64,000 nt of DNA from Minisyncoccia bacterium (GCA_046598345.1 JBKJIT010000004.1:201226-265225), one strand, 5' to 3'. Counted from the stretch's first letter, positions 8,804 through 21,191 are shown. Translations and numbers: made by a program. The notes: a model not told the origin generated them from the letters alone.

Positions 8804-10321
8804 ATGTTAAACCGTCTGTATGGCTGGTATGGGAAGCGTGTTGTCCGAGGAGCACTCATCGTGCTTGTTTTACTTATTGGCGCAGGGATTTTTCTGAGTT
8901 CAAAGGATGGCGCTACTGAAGAAGTCGCAATTGAAACAAAGCTTCCTGTGGTAACCGTGAAAAGCGTTAAGGACTTTGGAAGCGAAAGCAATTTTACGGT
9001 TGTAGGAACAGTCCGAGCAGTATCTGAAGCATCACTTCAGGCAGAAGCGAGTGGCCGAATTACTGCGGTAAACGTGAAGCTTGGTGATCGCATACAAGCT
9101 GGACGCGTCCTTGCTTCAATTGAAAATTCACGTGAACAGGCAGCACTCCTCCAAGCGCAGGGTGCGTATGAATCAGCACAGGCATCTTCCCTTCAAAGTG
9201 GCTCCCGCCTTGAGGAAGCTAAGGTCGCAGTTCGAAATGCCTCAAGAGATGCATTCAGTACTTCTGAGAACGTCGTACGCAACCTCCTCGATGAGTTTTT
9301 CTCCAACCCGACCGGGGGTGGAATCGTAGGTTTTCGCCTTTCTGGTACTGGTAACGCTTATGCATATATCTCTGAGCGGCAAGCAGTCGAACCACTCCTT
9401 ACAAAATGGAAGTCAAACATTGATGCAGATTTTGCTGGAATGACTGAAGCTGCAATCTTGATTGAAGCCGAGACTACGATAAAAAGCGTGAGTGATTTTA
9501 CTGCTTCTATAGCAGCTATTATTTCTGACGAAGACGAGGCAGAAAGTTTCTTATCTACAACCCGTGAAAGCTATAAAACGCGTCTTGCAGCAGCTAGAGC
9601 TTCACTCGATGGTACGCTCTCGTCTATTTCAGGTGCCAGACTTGGGTATGACCAAGCAGTACTTGCAAGTGCAAAAGATAAATCAACTCCCACTCAGACA
9701 GATGCAATGATTAAGAGTGCTCTCGGAGTACTTCGGAGTGCTCAGGCAAATCTTGAAAAAACGTATATTCGAACGTCGATTAGCGGTAGTGTAAATGCGC
9801 TGTACGTAACTCTGGGTGAGTACATTTCACAGGGGCAGCCAGCTGCAATTGTTGCTAATAACGGTGCACTTGAAATAACAACAGCGCTTGGTGAACAGGA
9901 TTTAGATCTTATTGAAGTTGGAAGCCCAGTTCTCATCAATGATACTGTCACTGGTTCAGTTACACGGATTGCACCAGCAATTGATCCACTTACGGGAAAG
10001 AGTGAGGTTAAGATCAGTGTTGATGACGCAACTGATTTAAAAAATGGTAGCACAGTTTCTTTGGCATTTGTTCGTGCTTCAAATAGAGAGACCGAAAACA
10101 CCACAGTCATTCTTCCACTTAAAGCACTCAAGATGCTCGCGTCAGGGCCGGTTGTCTTTAGCGTAAATTCTGAGAATACGCTCGTGTCGCACCCTGTAAC
10201 ACTAGGTACGATTATAGGTGACGCAGTTGTTGTCTCTGATGGAATTACGAATGAGTCAGTGATTATCACCGATGCGCGAGGCCTCTCTGAGGGTGACGCA
10301 GTCACACTTACGCAACAGTAA
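8804..10321 (+). CDS. efflux RND transporter periplasmic adaptor (membrane fusion protein, HlyD family)
   Basis: N-terminal transmembrane anchor, then beta-barrel/lipoyl-like segments (ASGRITAVNVKLGDRIQAGRVLASIEN; ISGSVNALYVTLGEYISQGQP) and a long coiled-coil insert. Confidence 0.8.
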   Translation: MLNRLYGWYGKRVVRGALIVLVLLIGAGIFLSSKDGATEEVAIETKLPVVTVKSVKDFGSESNFTVVGTVRAVSEASLQAEASGRITAVNVKLGDRIQAGRVLASIENSREQAALLQAQGAYESAQASSLQSGSRLEEAKVAVRNASRDAFSTSENVVRNLLDEFFSNPTGGGIVGFRLSGTGNAYAYISERQAVEPLLTKWKSNIDADFAGMTEAAILIEAETTIKSVSDFTASIAAIISDEDEAESFLSTTRESYKTRLAAARASLDGTLSSISGARLGYDQAVLASAKDKSTPTQTDAMIKSALGVLRSAQANLEKTYIRTSISGSVNALYVTLGEYISQGQPAAIVANNGALEITTALGEQDLDLIEVGSPVLINDTVTGSVTRIAPAIDPLTGKSEVKISVDDATDLKNGSTVSLAFVRASNRETENTTVILPLKALKMLASGPVVFSVNSENTLVSHPVTLGTIIGDAVVVSDGITNESVIITDARGLSEGDAVTLTQQ

Positions 10322-10322
10322 T

Positions 10323-13300
10323 ATGCATTCAGTCTGGTATTTTTTGCTTCGCAAACGGGAATTTAGTGCGCTGCTTATTTTGACCCTCATTGCAATAGGT
10401 ATTTTCTCGTTGAATGCAATTCCTAAGGAGTCTTCCCCTGAGGTTATCGTACCTATTGGTATCGTAATTACAGTGCTCCCGGGTGCCTCTGCAATTGACA
10501 TTGAGGAGCTTATTACGAACAAGCTCGAGCAGGAAATTTCAAATCTCGATAACCTCGATTCCCTTACTTCAAGTTCGCGCGATGGATTTTCTCAGATTGC
10601 GGTAAATTTTGATGCTGATGCCGATATCGATAAATCAATTCAAGATCTCAAGGATGCTGTTGATACTGTAAAGGGTGAGCTCCCCCGTGATGCTAATGAT
10701 CCAATAGTAACTAAGGTAAATTTTGCTGATCAACCAATTCTTGTTCTTTCTATTTCATCAGATCTAGCAGCACTCGAATTTACGGAACTATCTGAAACAC
10801 TTGCTGACGAATTTGAAAGTGTTCCTGGTGTTTCAAAGGTGTCAATTGATGGACGAAGAGAGCGTGAGATTCAAGTTGTTGTACGTGAGTCAGCGCTTCA
10901 GACATTTGGATTGAACCTAAGTGATGTTACAAGGGCACTTGCAGGTGCAAACCTTACTATTCCCGTTGGAAATGTAATTACTGACAATGTGGAGTACGCA
11001 GTACGCTATGAAGGAAAGATTACTGATATTGCAGAGATTCAAAATATTCCAATTAGTACCGTCGCGGGTATTCCTGTGTACGTGCGAGATATTGCAACCG
11101 TCATTGATGGTGTTGCTCGGGAAGCAAGCATCTCTCGTGTATCTGTGGAGGGCAAGCCTTCGGAATCCGCTATCACACTCTCGATCTTTAAGCGTGCTGG
11201 TGTCGACGTTACCGAAATGGGTGATGCTGTTCATGCAAAGCTCGCCACACTACAGAGTGAAGGCGGAATACTTGCCTCTTCGCAGGTTCTTGTTGTGTTT
11301 GACCAAGCAAAGTATGTTCGGAAGGACTTGAACGACCTAATAGTTACGGGTTTTGAAACAGTGGCCCTCGTTATTCTCTGTCTCCTCCTTACTATTGGAT
11401 GGCGCGAATCCCTCGTCGCAGCATTATCGATCCCGCTCTCATTTGTGATCGCATTTATTGGACTGTACGCATCTGGGAATACTATTAACTTCGTTTCACT
11501 TTTTGCACTCATTCTTGCAATTGGTATTCTCGTCGACTCGGGTATTGTGATCACTGAGGCTATTCATACGCGTCTTCGTACTTATGGAAATGCGGATGAA
11601 GCAGCTCGTGCTTCAATTCAAGAATACGCGTGGCCTCTCATTGCTGGTACACTCACTACTGTTGCAGTATTTGCTCCACTTTTTTTCCTTTCAGGAATCA
11701 CTGGTGAATTCATAGCATCAATTCCATTCACTATTATTTTTGTTCTGATCGCCTCCATCATCGTTGCACTTGGAATGGTACCCCTTATTGCTATTTACCT
11801 TACCAAGCACTCGCACTCAAATAGGTTTGAAGAGCTTCAGGAAGAATATACGCACAAAGCACAGGCATGGTACAGAGAAAAACTAGTGCATTTCCTCGCA
11901 AACAAGAAAGCTCAGCGTTTCTTTCTCATTTCTCTTGCAGTAGGGTTTATACTCACCTGTATTCTTCCCTTTACTGGACTCCTTAAGATTATCTTTTTTC
12001 CACCAGAAGACGTTGATTTCGTATTCGTAGAGATTGAAGCAAAGCAAGGAACTCCTGTATCTGAAACTGATCTAACTCTTCGAGCTATGGAAGAAGTGCT
12101 GTATGAAAAGCCCTACGTTATCGCATTTACTTCTACAGCTGGTTCAGGTTCCGCATTTACTGGTACAGGCATCAGCGGTTCAAAATTTGGTAATTTTTCA
12201 ATTACTCTTCCTGAAGAACGAGAGGAATCAAGTGCTGAAATTGCAGCTGATCTACGCGAATCTCTTGGTGTATTCAAGAATGTAGACGTGCGGATAACTG
12301 AGCAACAGAATGGCCCACCTTCAGGTGCACCAGTATTCATCAAATTCTTTGGCGGTGACCTTTCAGAACTAGCTGTTATAGTTGAGCGTGCAGAAAAAAT
12401 TCTTACAACGATACAGGGTACAAGAGACGTAACACCAAGTACAAAAAGTAATGCAACAGAGCTTGTGCTCGAAGTAGACACAGACAAGGCGAGTGCTGCA
12501 GGAGTATCCCCACTTACAATCGGTGAGGTACTTCGTTCAGCAGTATTTGGACTTACTGCGACTACGATAACTAAGGAAGGTAATGACATTGATATCGTTG
12601 TTAAGCTTGAAGTAAATCCTGAAGCGCCTGACGTTACTGCAGCGCCAAATATCACTCTCGACGCACTTCGAAATCTCTCAGTGCCAACACAAACTGGTAC
12701 GTCTGTGCTACTTGGTTCCGTGGTACGTGAGCGTGCTGCACCGGCGAATGCTCTCATAAACCACGAAGACGAGGAGCGCATCGAATCAGTCTCAGCCTAC
12801 ACGGTTGCTCCAATGACAGCCGCAGAGGTTATTGCTGAGTTCAAGCGACGTGAGGCTGAACTCAATATCCCATCTACTGTTCGTATCTCTTACGGTGGTG
12901 AGACTGAGGATATTAATAAGTCATTCACAGAAATGGGACTCGCATTTGTTGCGGGACTCCTCCTGATGCTTGCGATTCTCGTACTTTCATTCAACTCAGT
13001 TCGCTATTCTCTCTACCTACTTCTTGCAGTACCGCTTTCGCTCATTGGAGTATTTGCAGGGCTCGCGCTCACTGGACTCGCCCTCTCGTTCACTTCTCTG
13101 CTTGGTGTAATTGCGCTTGCTGGAGTCATCATAAACCACGCAATTATACTCATGGATTCAATGATCCATCATCGTGACAATAGAAAGCCTGGGGAGTCAC
13201 TCATTGATGTTGTAGCTGATTCAGCGGTATCTCGCCTACGTCCAATCTTTCTCACCACAATCACAACTGTTGTGGGTATGATACCGCTTTCTACTATCTC

Positions 13301-13457
13301 AGACTTCTGGAGCCCACTCGCCTTTGCGATTATGTTCGGTCTTACCTTTGCGATGATTCTTACACTTGTACTTGTGCCGACACTCTTCTATCGCGCTGAA
13401 AAAAGAAAAGATGAAAAAGCTAAGAAACTGAACGCTGTAGAAACAGGAGCTTCCTAA
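10323..13457 (+). CDS. RND efflux permease (AcrB/HAE1-like), 12 TM
   Basis: Starts at the ATG one nt after the fusion-protein stop (the track ORF begins 51 nt earlier in the same frame). Two large loops, two TM bundles and the conserved TM4 region (ALILAIGILVDSGIVITE). Confidence 0.9.
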   Translation: MHSVWYFLLRKREFSALLILTLIAIGIFSLNAIPKESSPEVIVPIGIVITVLPGASAIDIEELITNKLEQEISNLDNLDSLTSSSRDGFSQIAVNFDADADIDKSIQDLKDAVDTVKGELPRDANDPIVTKVNFADQPILVLSISSDLAALEFTELSETLADEFESVPGVSKVSIDGRREREIQVVVRESALQTFGLNLSDVTRALAGANLTIPVGNVITDNVEYAVRYEGKITDIAEIQNIPISTVAGIPVYVRDIATVIDGVAREASISRVSVEGKPSESAITLSIFKRAGVDVTEMGDAVHAKLATLQSEGGILASSQVLVVFDQAKYVRKDLNDLIVTGFETVALVILCLLLTIGWRESLVAALSIPLSFVIAFIGLYASGNTINFVSLFALILAIGILVDSGIVITEAIHTRLRTYGNADEAARASIQEYAWPLIAGTLTTVAVFAPLFFLSGITGEFIASIPFTIIFVLIASIIVALGMVPLIAIYLTKHSHSNRFEELQEEYTHKAQAWYREKLVHFLANKKAQRFFLISLAVGFILTCILPFTGLLKIIFFPPEDVDFVFVEIEAKQGTPVSETDLTLRAMEEVLYEKPYVIAFTSTAGSGSAFTGTGISGSKFGNFSITLPEEREESSAEIAADLRESLGVFKNVDVRITEQQNGPPSGAPVFIKFFGGDLSELAVIVERAEKILTTIQGTRDVTPSTKSNATELVLEVDTDKASAAGVSPLTIGEVLRSAVFGLTATTITKEGNDIDIVVKLEVNPEAPDVTAAPNITLDALRNLSVPTQTGTSVLLGSVVRERAAPANALINHEDEERIESVSAYTVAPMTAAEVIAEFKRREAELNIPSTVRISYGGETEDINKSFTEMGLAFVAGLLLMLAILVLSFNSVRYSLYLLLAVPLSLIGVFAGLALTGLALSFTSLLGVIALAGVIINHAIILMDSMIHHRDNRKPGESLIDVVADSAVSRLRPIFLTTITTVVGMIPLSTISDFWSPLAFAIMFGLTFAMILTLVLVPTLFYRAEKRKDEKAKKLNAVETGAS

Positions 13458-13459
13458 AT

Positions 13460-13882
13460 TTAAAGATAGAACCATCCAATAACACCTGCCCCTATCCAGC
13501 TTATGCCTGAAACAGTCCCGCTTATAAAAAGCTGTGTCTTTTGTGTAGATGACAATTTAGCAAATGGTGTCTCAGAAGCAATTTTTGAAAGGCGTCCAAT
13601 AACAAAACTATTAGCGAAAAGTGCTAGAACCATACAAATCTTCAAATAAAATGGAGGATAGTATAAAAGCTCCTCAGACATTCGATAAAAAAGCATACCA
13701 CCAGTAAGTAGCATCAAGCTCAAACCAACAAATACTGTGTAATGCAGCTTGAGTGTACGTGAACGCGAAAGCGTTAGCTTTTTTCCAAATAGATATTGAA
13801 TTCCATCATGATCTGCTATGACAATAGCAATCGTCGTTAAGCAAAGTACTGCAAGATGTACGTTTACTAACTCAATTTCCAT
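13460..13882 (-). CDS. hypothetical membrane protein
   Basis: 140 aa with 4 hydrophobic helices. Confidence 0.45.
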   Translation of the reverse strand: MEIELVNVHLAVLCLTTIAIVIADHDGIQYLFGKKLTLSRSRTLKLHYTVFVGLSLMLLTGGMLFYRMSEELLYYPPFYLKICMVLALFANSFVIGRLSKIASETPFAKLSSTQKTQLFISGTVSGISWIGAGVIGWFYL

Positions 13883-13894
13883 AGGATTCCTTAA

Positions 13895-14470
13895 TTAGAC
13901 ACCCTTTGTTCCGAGTTCTTCCACTTGCTTTGCCCAGGCTACAAGCTTTACTTCTTGCACATGTTCAGAAGGTCCAAATGCCGAAACAGTAACTTTGAAT
14001 CCAGCAAAACCAAGGATACCGTGAGAGATTTCGTTCGTAAAATCTCCAAATTTCCACCAGGTTTTAAACGGACTCTCAGTACCAGCCACAATAATGACAC
14101 GCGCAGTCTTCCCTTTAAGACGCTGAATGAGCTTTCTTGTTACTTTATCAAAATTAAATGCAAAACCAGGAAGCCACATACGATCAAACATCCCTTTCAG
14201 TACCGCTGGCATTGTGCACCACCAGTTTGGATACACAAACACCACATGATCAGCCCAATTGATTTTCTCTTGAACCATCTTCAGATCAGGTTCGAGCTCC
14301 TGAATAACTTTGTATCCCTGATGAAGAATTGGATCAAACTGTAAATCCGAGATGTTGAGTCGCACCACCTGATGTCCAGCCTTTTGCGCAGCCTCTGCAT
14401 AGGTATCAGCTAATTTTCCTGAATACGTTGCTGCATCAGGATGTCCGAGAAATACAAGAATCTTTTTCAT
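13895..14470 (-). CDS. flavodoxin-like NAD(P)H dehydrogenase (quinone) family protein
   Basis: MKKILVFLGHPDAATYSGKL...VFVYPNWWCTMPAVLKGMFDRM is typical of the MdaB/KefF/NQO-like fold. Confidence 0.75.
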   Translation of the reverse strand: MKKILVFLGHPDAATYSGKLADTYAEAAQKAGHQVVRLNISDLQFDPILHQGYKVIQELEPDLKMVQEKINWADHVVFVYPNWWCTMPAVLKGMFDRMWLPGFAFNFDKVTRKLIQRLKGKTARVIIVAGTESPFKTWWKFGDFTNEISHGILGFAGFKVTVSAFGPSEHVQEVKLVAWAKQVEELGTKGV

Positions 14471-14543
14471 GTCGTAAATACAGCCACCATTTTAGCACGG
14501 AGAGAAAGTACTAATACAGTTTGCTGTTTAAAACCCGAACGAG

Positions 14544-14834
14544 CTATCGGTGCAGCGTTCCGTTTGGATTAAACCGTGTACCACTGCGCGTTGGGATCTT
14601 ATTGCCCATTGCTTCCTGGAGTTCAGCTTGATATTTAGGCATTACCTTCATAGCTGCAGCCATTTGATCCTTTCCCTTTTTCATCTCCGCCTGCATTTCA
14701 GTTGAAATTTTTTCAAATAGTTCTGGCTTCTTCTCAAGCATAGTGAGTATCATTTCTCTTTGTTCTGCTGGAGCATCCTTGAGTTGCCGCTCGAGGAGCT
14801 TTTTCATCATAAAATTTTTTGCTTTTCCAAACAT
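14544..14834 (-). CDS. hypothetical protein
   Basis: 96-aa charged helical ORF. Confidence 0.4.
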   Translation of the reverse strand: MFGKAKNFMMKKLLERQLKDAPAEQREMILTMLEKKPELFEKISTEMQAEMKKGKDQMAAAMKVMPKYQAELQEAMGNKIPTRSGTRFNPNGTLHR

Positions 14835-14855
14835 ATGGTCTAATGAAATTTATAC

Positions 14856-15014
14856 TTGACTAAAATTAACTATCGTGCTATTGTATATTATGTTGTTGTC
14901 GTGCGCTGTCGTGTCGCATTATCGCATGGTGCGCCCACGTCGCGTCGAGGCCTCCCTTCTCGAATCGACAGCAACTTTGCCGCGAGCATCCTCTGGGTGA
15001 GCGCGGTTTTTTTT
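14856..15014 (+). ncRNA. candidate small structured RNA (promoter-like TTGACT-17-TATTGT, GC-rich body, GC stem plus T8)
   Basis: TTGACT at 14856-14861, 17-nt spacer, TATTGT at 14879-14884. A ~110-nt GC-rich stretch follows (gtcgtgcgctgtcgtgtcgc...), clearly GC-richer than the flanks. It ends in ccgcg..cgcgg plus tttttttt at 15007-15014. No plus-strand CDS follows. Confidence 0.3.
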
Positions 15015-15037
15015 GTCCACATCGAGACTCTTGGTGG

Positions 15038-15289
15038 CTACAATAGTATTGTAACTTGATTTTGACTTACCTCAAGAATGCCATTTGAGATTTCATATTG
15101 CTCTAATTCTGTATTTCCCTTTTTTACAACGACAGTACCTGCTGTAAGCAACGAGATAAAGGGTTCGTGGTGTGCAAGCAAAGTGAGTGCACCCTCGCTT
15201 CCAGGAACAGTCACCGAAAGAGCTTGACCTCTAAATACAGGCTCATCGACTCGTGTGATAGTTAACTCAAAATGTGCTGATGAAGCCAT
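15038..15289 (-). CDS. atpC: F-ATPase epsilon subunit (short form, N-terminal beta-sandwich only)
   Basis: Last gene of the atp operon. 83 aa matching the epsilon N-domain (ELTITRVDEPVFRG..). There is no room for a C-terminal helical hairpin. Confidence 0.75.
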   Translation of the reverse strand: MASSAHFELTITRVDEPVFRGQALSVTVPGSEGALTLLAHHEPFISLLTAGTVVVKKGNTELEQYEISNGILEVSQNQVTILL

Positions 15290-15294
15290 AGTGT

Positions 15295-16689
<1,395 letters not shown>

Positions 16690-16719
16690 TTAATGGTGAA
16701 TGATAATTGATGGACAATT

Positions 16720-17631
16720 CTATTTTTGCTTCATGGCCTCGATACCTCCGGTGATTTCTGAAACTTCTGCTGTGATGACGCTCTGTCGTTCCTTGTTATA
16801 GAGGATGGTGAGCGCCTTACCTACCTCTTTTGCCTTGTCTGTGGCGTTCTTCATTGCAACCATGCGGGCTGAGTGCTCGCTCGCCTTTGATTCTAGGAGC
16901 GCATGGTAAATCATAATTTGTACTAGCTTTGGAAAAAGCGTATTAAGGACGCTTTCGTCAGAAGGTTCTACTGTATACGTGGTAGTACCAAGGCTTTGCT
17001 CGAAAGCACTAAACTTACCTTTCTTTGGAAGAATATCTTCAATCATTCGTTCAAGGTCTTCTTTTGCAATTGGAAGCAGCTTTCGCTTAGCTGCTTTTTG
17101 TTCAAATGTTGAGACAAAGTTTTGGAAGACGATTGAAACAGTATGGTATTTCCCACTCACAAACCCTTCAGTTACCTGTTCTGTTACTTCTTCAAGCTCT
17201 GTGAGGCTGATTTCATCACGTACGTTCAGATATTCTTTTTTGATCGTGTATCCACGTCTCGAGAAGAACTCAAATCCCTTTTTCCCAAATGAAAAAATCT
17301 CCACTTTGTCTGTATCGATTCCGGAAAGATGGAGAGTGGCTTCCTTGAGCACAGCTCCATTGAGGTTACCTGCAAGTCCTTTATCTGATGTAATAACAAT
17401 GAGACAGTCGTGTGTTCCGTTTCCTTCTTGCATATAGGCGCTTCCTTTAGCTTCGAGGCTTCCTGAAACACGCCCTAAAATACGTAGTGCTGCCTCAGCA
17501 TATGGCCTTCCAGTAAGTGCGCGTTCTTGGCTTTTCCGCATTTTTACAGCAGAAACAGCCTCCATCGCCTTCGTCACTTTACTCGTGCGACCGATCGACT
17601 TTATTTTGCTTTTAATATGCTTAAGCGCCAT
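16720..17631 (-). CDS. atpG: F-ATPase gamma subunit
   Basis: MALKHIKSKIKSIGRTSKVTKAMEAVSAVKMRK is a typical gamma N-terminus. Start chosen at the internal Met, 4 nt after the atpA stop. Confidence 0.9.
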   Translation of the reverse strand: MALKHIKSKIKSIGRTSKVTKAMEAVSAVKMRKSQERALTGRPYAEAALRILGRVSGSLEAKGSAYMQEGNGTHDCLIVITSDKGLAGNLNGAVLKEATLHLSGIDTDKVEIFSFGKKGFEFFSRRGYTIKKEYLNVRDEISLTELEEVTEQVTEGFVSGKYHTVSIVFQNFVSTFEQKAAKRKLLPIAKEDLERMIEDILPKKGKFSAFEQSLGTTTYTVEPSDESVLNTLFPKLVQIMIYHALLESKASEHSARMVAMKNATDKAKEVGKALTILYNKERQSVITAEVSEITGGIEAMKQK

Positions 17632-17635
17632 GTAG

Positions 17636-19201
17636 TTATGCTTGGTAGAATTCCTTATGAGTTTCAATAAACAATGTCATAGCAGTTTTAAGGTCAGCTT
17701 CAGTAACGTCCGAAATCGCGCGTTCATTTTTAATTGAATCAAAGATACTCATCTTTTCACGTTCGATCATTTCGAGGAATGCCGTCTCAATTTTTCGTAC
17801 ATCTTCAACGCGAGCTCCTTCAAGGAGACCGTTGTTTGCACCATAGATAGATACAACCTGCTTGTAGAATGGCATTGTCTCGTGCTGATTTTGCTTCAAT
17901 AGCTCTGTGTACTTACGTCCACTCAAAATTCGCTTCTTTGTGTCCTCATCGAGATCACTTGCAAACTGCATGAAAGCCTCAAGCTCACGAAACTGTGCAA
18001 GTTCAAGTCGAATTTTTCCAGCAACTTTTTTCATTGCCTTTGTCTGCGCGCTACTACCCACTCGAGATACTGAAATACCTACGTTAAGCGCTGGGCGAAT
18101 CCCTTTGTTAAAGAGGTCAGTCTCAAGGAAGATCTGTCCGTCCGTGATCGAGATCACATTCGTAGGAATGTACGCTGACACATCCCCTTCTTGTGTCTCA
18201 ATGATCGGAAGTGCTGTGAGAGAACCGCCACCAAGTTCTGGTGAAAGTTTTGCCGCTCGCTCAAGAAGCCTTGAGTGAAGATAAAAAATGTCTCCTGGGT
18301 ACGCCTCGCGTCCTGGTGGACGGCGGAGAAGTAGTGACATCTGGCGATACGCAACCGCGTGTTTGGAAAGGTCGTCATACACAATAAGTGCATCTTTTCC
18401 TTTTTCCATGAAATATTCTCCAATTGCAGCACCTGCAAACGGAGCGAGGAAGAGAAGCGCAGCAGGGTCAGCCGCTGAAGTTGATACGACGATAGTGTAT
18501 TCCATTGCGCCCTCAGCTTCGAGTTCAGCAACTATACGAGCAGTCTTTGATTCCTTCTGTCCAATCGCAACATATATACAAATAGGACGCGTTTCTTTCG
18601 GTTCATACTTCTGATTGATAATGGTATCAATCGCCACAACAGTTTTACCAGTGGCTCTGTCTCCAATGATGAGTTCCCGCTGACCACGTCCAATAGGAAT
18701 CATCGAGTCGATTGCCTTAATTCCAGTGTGTATTGGCTCGTTTACCGACGAGCGATCCATAACTCCATACGCAACACGTTCAATCGCCATCTCACGATCC
18801 GTAGTAAGTGCTGCTTTACCATCAAGCACTTCACCGAGTGGATTTACGATACGTCCTACAATGCTGTCTCCTACAGGAATACTGAGGAGTTTTCCAGTAC
18901 GCTTTACCTGCATACCTTCCCTGATGCGTGTGGCATCGCCAAGCACCACTGCTTTCACGGTTTCTTCCTCAAGGTTAAGGACGAGTCCATAGAGCACATC
19001 TGCATGTTCGATCGCTTCTTTAAGTGATCGCCCTTCGGTGTCGTCGAAGAGTATCATCTCCATCATCTGTGCGCTTCGGAGGCCTTCAATTTCTGCAACT
19101 CCGTCACCCACAGCGACTACTGAGCCAACTTCTTCAGTATTAGTTGCTACATCAAGGGATGCGATCTCTTTTTTAATGCGTTCAATAAGTGCAGTGCTCA
19201 T
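17636..19201 (-). CDS. atpA: F-ATPase alpha subunit
   Basis: [20 protein letters not shown]-loop. 521 aa. Confidence 0.97.
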   Translation of the reverse strand: MSTALIERIKKEIASLDVATNTEEVGSVVAVGDGVAEIEGLRSAQMMEMILFDDTEGRSLKEAIEHADVLYGLVLNLEEETVKAVVLGDATRIREGMQVKRTGKLLSIPVGDSIVGRIVNPLGEVLDGKAALTTDREMAIERVAYGVMDRSSVNEPIHTGIKAIDSMIPIGRGQRELIIGDRATGKTVVAIDTIINQKYEPKETRPICIYVAIGQKESKTARIVAELEAEGAMEYTIVVSTSAADPAALLFLAPFAGAAIGEYFMEKGKDALIVYDDLSKHAVAYRQMSLLLRRPPGREAYPGDIFYLHSRLLERAAKLSPELGGGSLTALPIIETQEGDVSAYIPTNVISITDGQIFLETDLFNKGIRPALNVGISVSRVGSSAQTKAMKKVAGKIRLELAQFRELEAFMQFASDLDEDTKKRILSGRKYTELLKQNQHETMPFYKQVVSIYGANNGLLEGARVEDVRKIETAFLEMIEREKMSIFDSIKNERAISDVTEADLKTAMTLFIETHKEFYQA

Positions 19202-19203
19202 AA

Positions 19204-19602
19204 TTAACTCGTTAATGTGCGGTAAAGCGTTAATAATTGTTTTTTGTAACTTGCATCAATAATTTTGTCCTCGTGCTTCACAACTACTCCTCCCACGATT
19301 GTCTCGTCGATGGTTAGGGTGTAGTCCGAATTAGTTGAAAGAGATTCTAGAAGATGTGTGATTTTTTCCTTGTGTGCGTTTTCATCCTTTGCTTTGGCAA
19401 GTGTAACTTGTGGCACAAGGGCGCCCTCTTCTGCCTCTATGCGTATCAAAAGACGCTTTAGGATTCGAGGAAGTAGACGAGTATGCCCTTTTCGAGTCAG
19501 ACTTTCCTTGAGTCTTTTGATGACGCTCTCTGGGGTCTTTCCTTCCCCAAGGAGTTCTAGAACGGCTGTTGTGTAATCTTCAGTCAGCATACTACTTTGC
19601 AT
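19204..19602 (-). CDS. atpH: F-ATPase delta subunit (OSCP), short
   Basis: Operon position between atpF and atpA. 132 aa; typical delta is ~175 aa. Confidence 0.7.
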   Translation of the reverse strand: MQSSMLTEDYTTAVLELLGEGKTPESVIKRLKESLTRKGHTRLLPRILKRLLIRIEAEEGALVPQVTLAKAKDENAHKEKITHLLESLSTNSDYTLTIDETIVGGVVVKHEDKIIDASYKKQLLTLYRTLTS

Positions 19603-20038
19603 CTTTTAAGATTTTTTCCGCCGCAAGAATCGCGATCTTTGCGATTTCGGCTTCACTTTCTCGTTCTGCCTTCTTTTTAAGTTCCTCAGCCTTTTCTGCA
19701 GCATCACTCATAACCCTTGTAGCTTTCTGCTCAGCTGCTCCTAGAATCTCAGCTCCTTTGACCTCGGCTCGCTCACTCGCCTTTCCTACAATGTCCTTTG
19801 CCTCATGTTCAGCATGCGTAAGAATCTCTCCACGCTTTGCATTCGCGTTTTCAAGCTCACGTCCCGCCGCCTCAGCGTCTTTCACACCTTTCTCAATCTT
19901 CTTTTGTCTATCCTGAAGAAGTGTAAGTACCGGCGTATAGAGGAAATACCACAATAGCCCCGCAAGGAGCGCGAAATTAAACATCTGGATGACAATGAGT
20001 CGCCAGTCGATGCCAAATGCTGTAAGTACTTCCTCCAT
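19592..20038 (-). CDS. atpF: F-ATPase subunit b
   Basis: N-terminal transmembrane helix plus a long charged helix (AEAE/KKK). Operon position. Confidence 0.8.
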   Translation of the reverse strand: MEEVLTAFGIDWRLIVIQMFNFALLAGLLWYFLYTPVLTLLQDRQKKIEKGVKDAEAAGRELENANAKRGEILTHAEHEAKDIVGKASERAEVKGAEILGAAEQKATRVMSDAAEKAEELKKKAERESEAEIAKIAILAAEKILKDAK

Positions 20039-20046
20039 ATAGTGAA

Positions 20047-20343
<297 letters not shown>

Positions 20344-20354
20344 TTATACACTAA

Positions 20355-21161
20355 TTAATGTGGTTCCTCGATCGCCAATTTAATAAAAAATAGGGTCAAA
20401 ACAGCAAAAATGAACGCTTGAATGAGCCCTACAAACATCTCAAAAGCTAGAATCGGTACAGGAAGGATAAACGGTACAAAAAACATGGCTATAACAAGCA
20501 GTGTTTTTCCCGCAAAAATATTTCCAAAGAGACGGAATGAGAACGAAATAAGTCGCGCAAGCTCACTAAAGAGCTCAATAATACCAATAAGAAATGCGAG
20601 CGGTGATTTAAAGTTAATGAACTTCCCTGCGTACTTCCAAAGTCCAATGATAAGAACTCCTGAGAGCTCGATTGCAACAAACGCTATGATTGCAATCGCA
20701 ATCGTCATATTGAGGTCAGTATTCACTGGGTGAAGAAATGGAATAAGCGTCTCTTCACCGTGTGAAGTGGAGTAGATTCCGATTGAATCAACTCCAGGAA
20801 TAAGACCAATCCAATTCATCGCGAGAATGAACACAAAAATGGTCATAATAAGCGGGAAAAAACGTTTTGCAAGATCCTTATTCTCAAAAACGTCAGAGAC
20901 ATAGTCGAACGCCCCACCCACAAGAGCTTCAGCAATAACTTGGGCTTTCCCAGGAATAAGGGCGAGCTTGCGCTTAAGGAGGAGTGCTGCCAGAACGAGC
21001 ACGAACATAGTAAGCCACGAGGTCACAAGAGTGCTCGTAATCGGTACCCCAAATGCATGCCCCAAAATGGGGGGTGCAAGGTGTATGGCAATGCCTTCTT
21101 CGGCTGCTGCGTATGCAATATTCATAGAAAATGCGCCCGAATAATAGCAGAAAAACACCAT
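20355..21161 (-). CDS. atpB: F-ATPase subunit a
   Basis: Conserved Arg helix region (ISFSFRLFGNIFAGKTLL). The start is possibly the Met at 21125. Confidence 0.9.
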   Translation of the reverse strand: MVFFCYYSGAFSMNIAYAAAEEGIAIHLAPPILGHAFGVPITSTLVTSWLTMFVLVLAALLLKRKLALIPGKAQVIAEALVGGAFDYVSDVFENKDLAKRFFPLIMTIFVFILAMNWIGLIPGVDSIGIYSTSHGEETLIPFLHPVNTDLNMTIAIAIIAFVAIELSGVLIIGLWKYAGKFINFKSPLAFLIGIIELFSELARLISFSFRLFGNIFAGKTLLVIAMFFVPFILPVPILAFEMFVGLIQAFIFAVLTLFFIKLAIEEPH

Positions 21162-21191
21162 AAGATAAAGCGCAGATTGTGTGTATGTATA

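Noticed and set aside
12113-12781. 222-aa minus-strand ORF inside the RND permease gene
   Set aside because: Antisense to a strongly supported gene. Ser/Thr/Ala-rich low-complexity translation typical of shadow ORFs.
16979-18614. Several plus-strand ORFs (152, 123 and 108 aa) inside atpG and atpA
   Set aside because: Shadow ORFs antisense to conserved ATP synthase genes.
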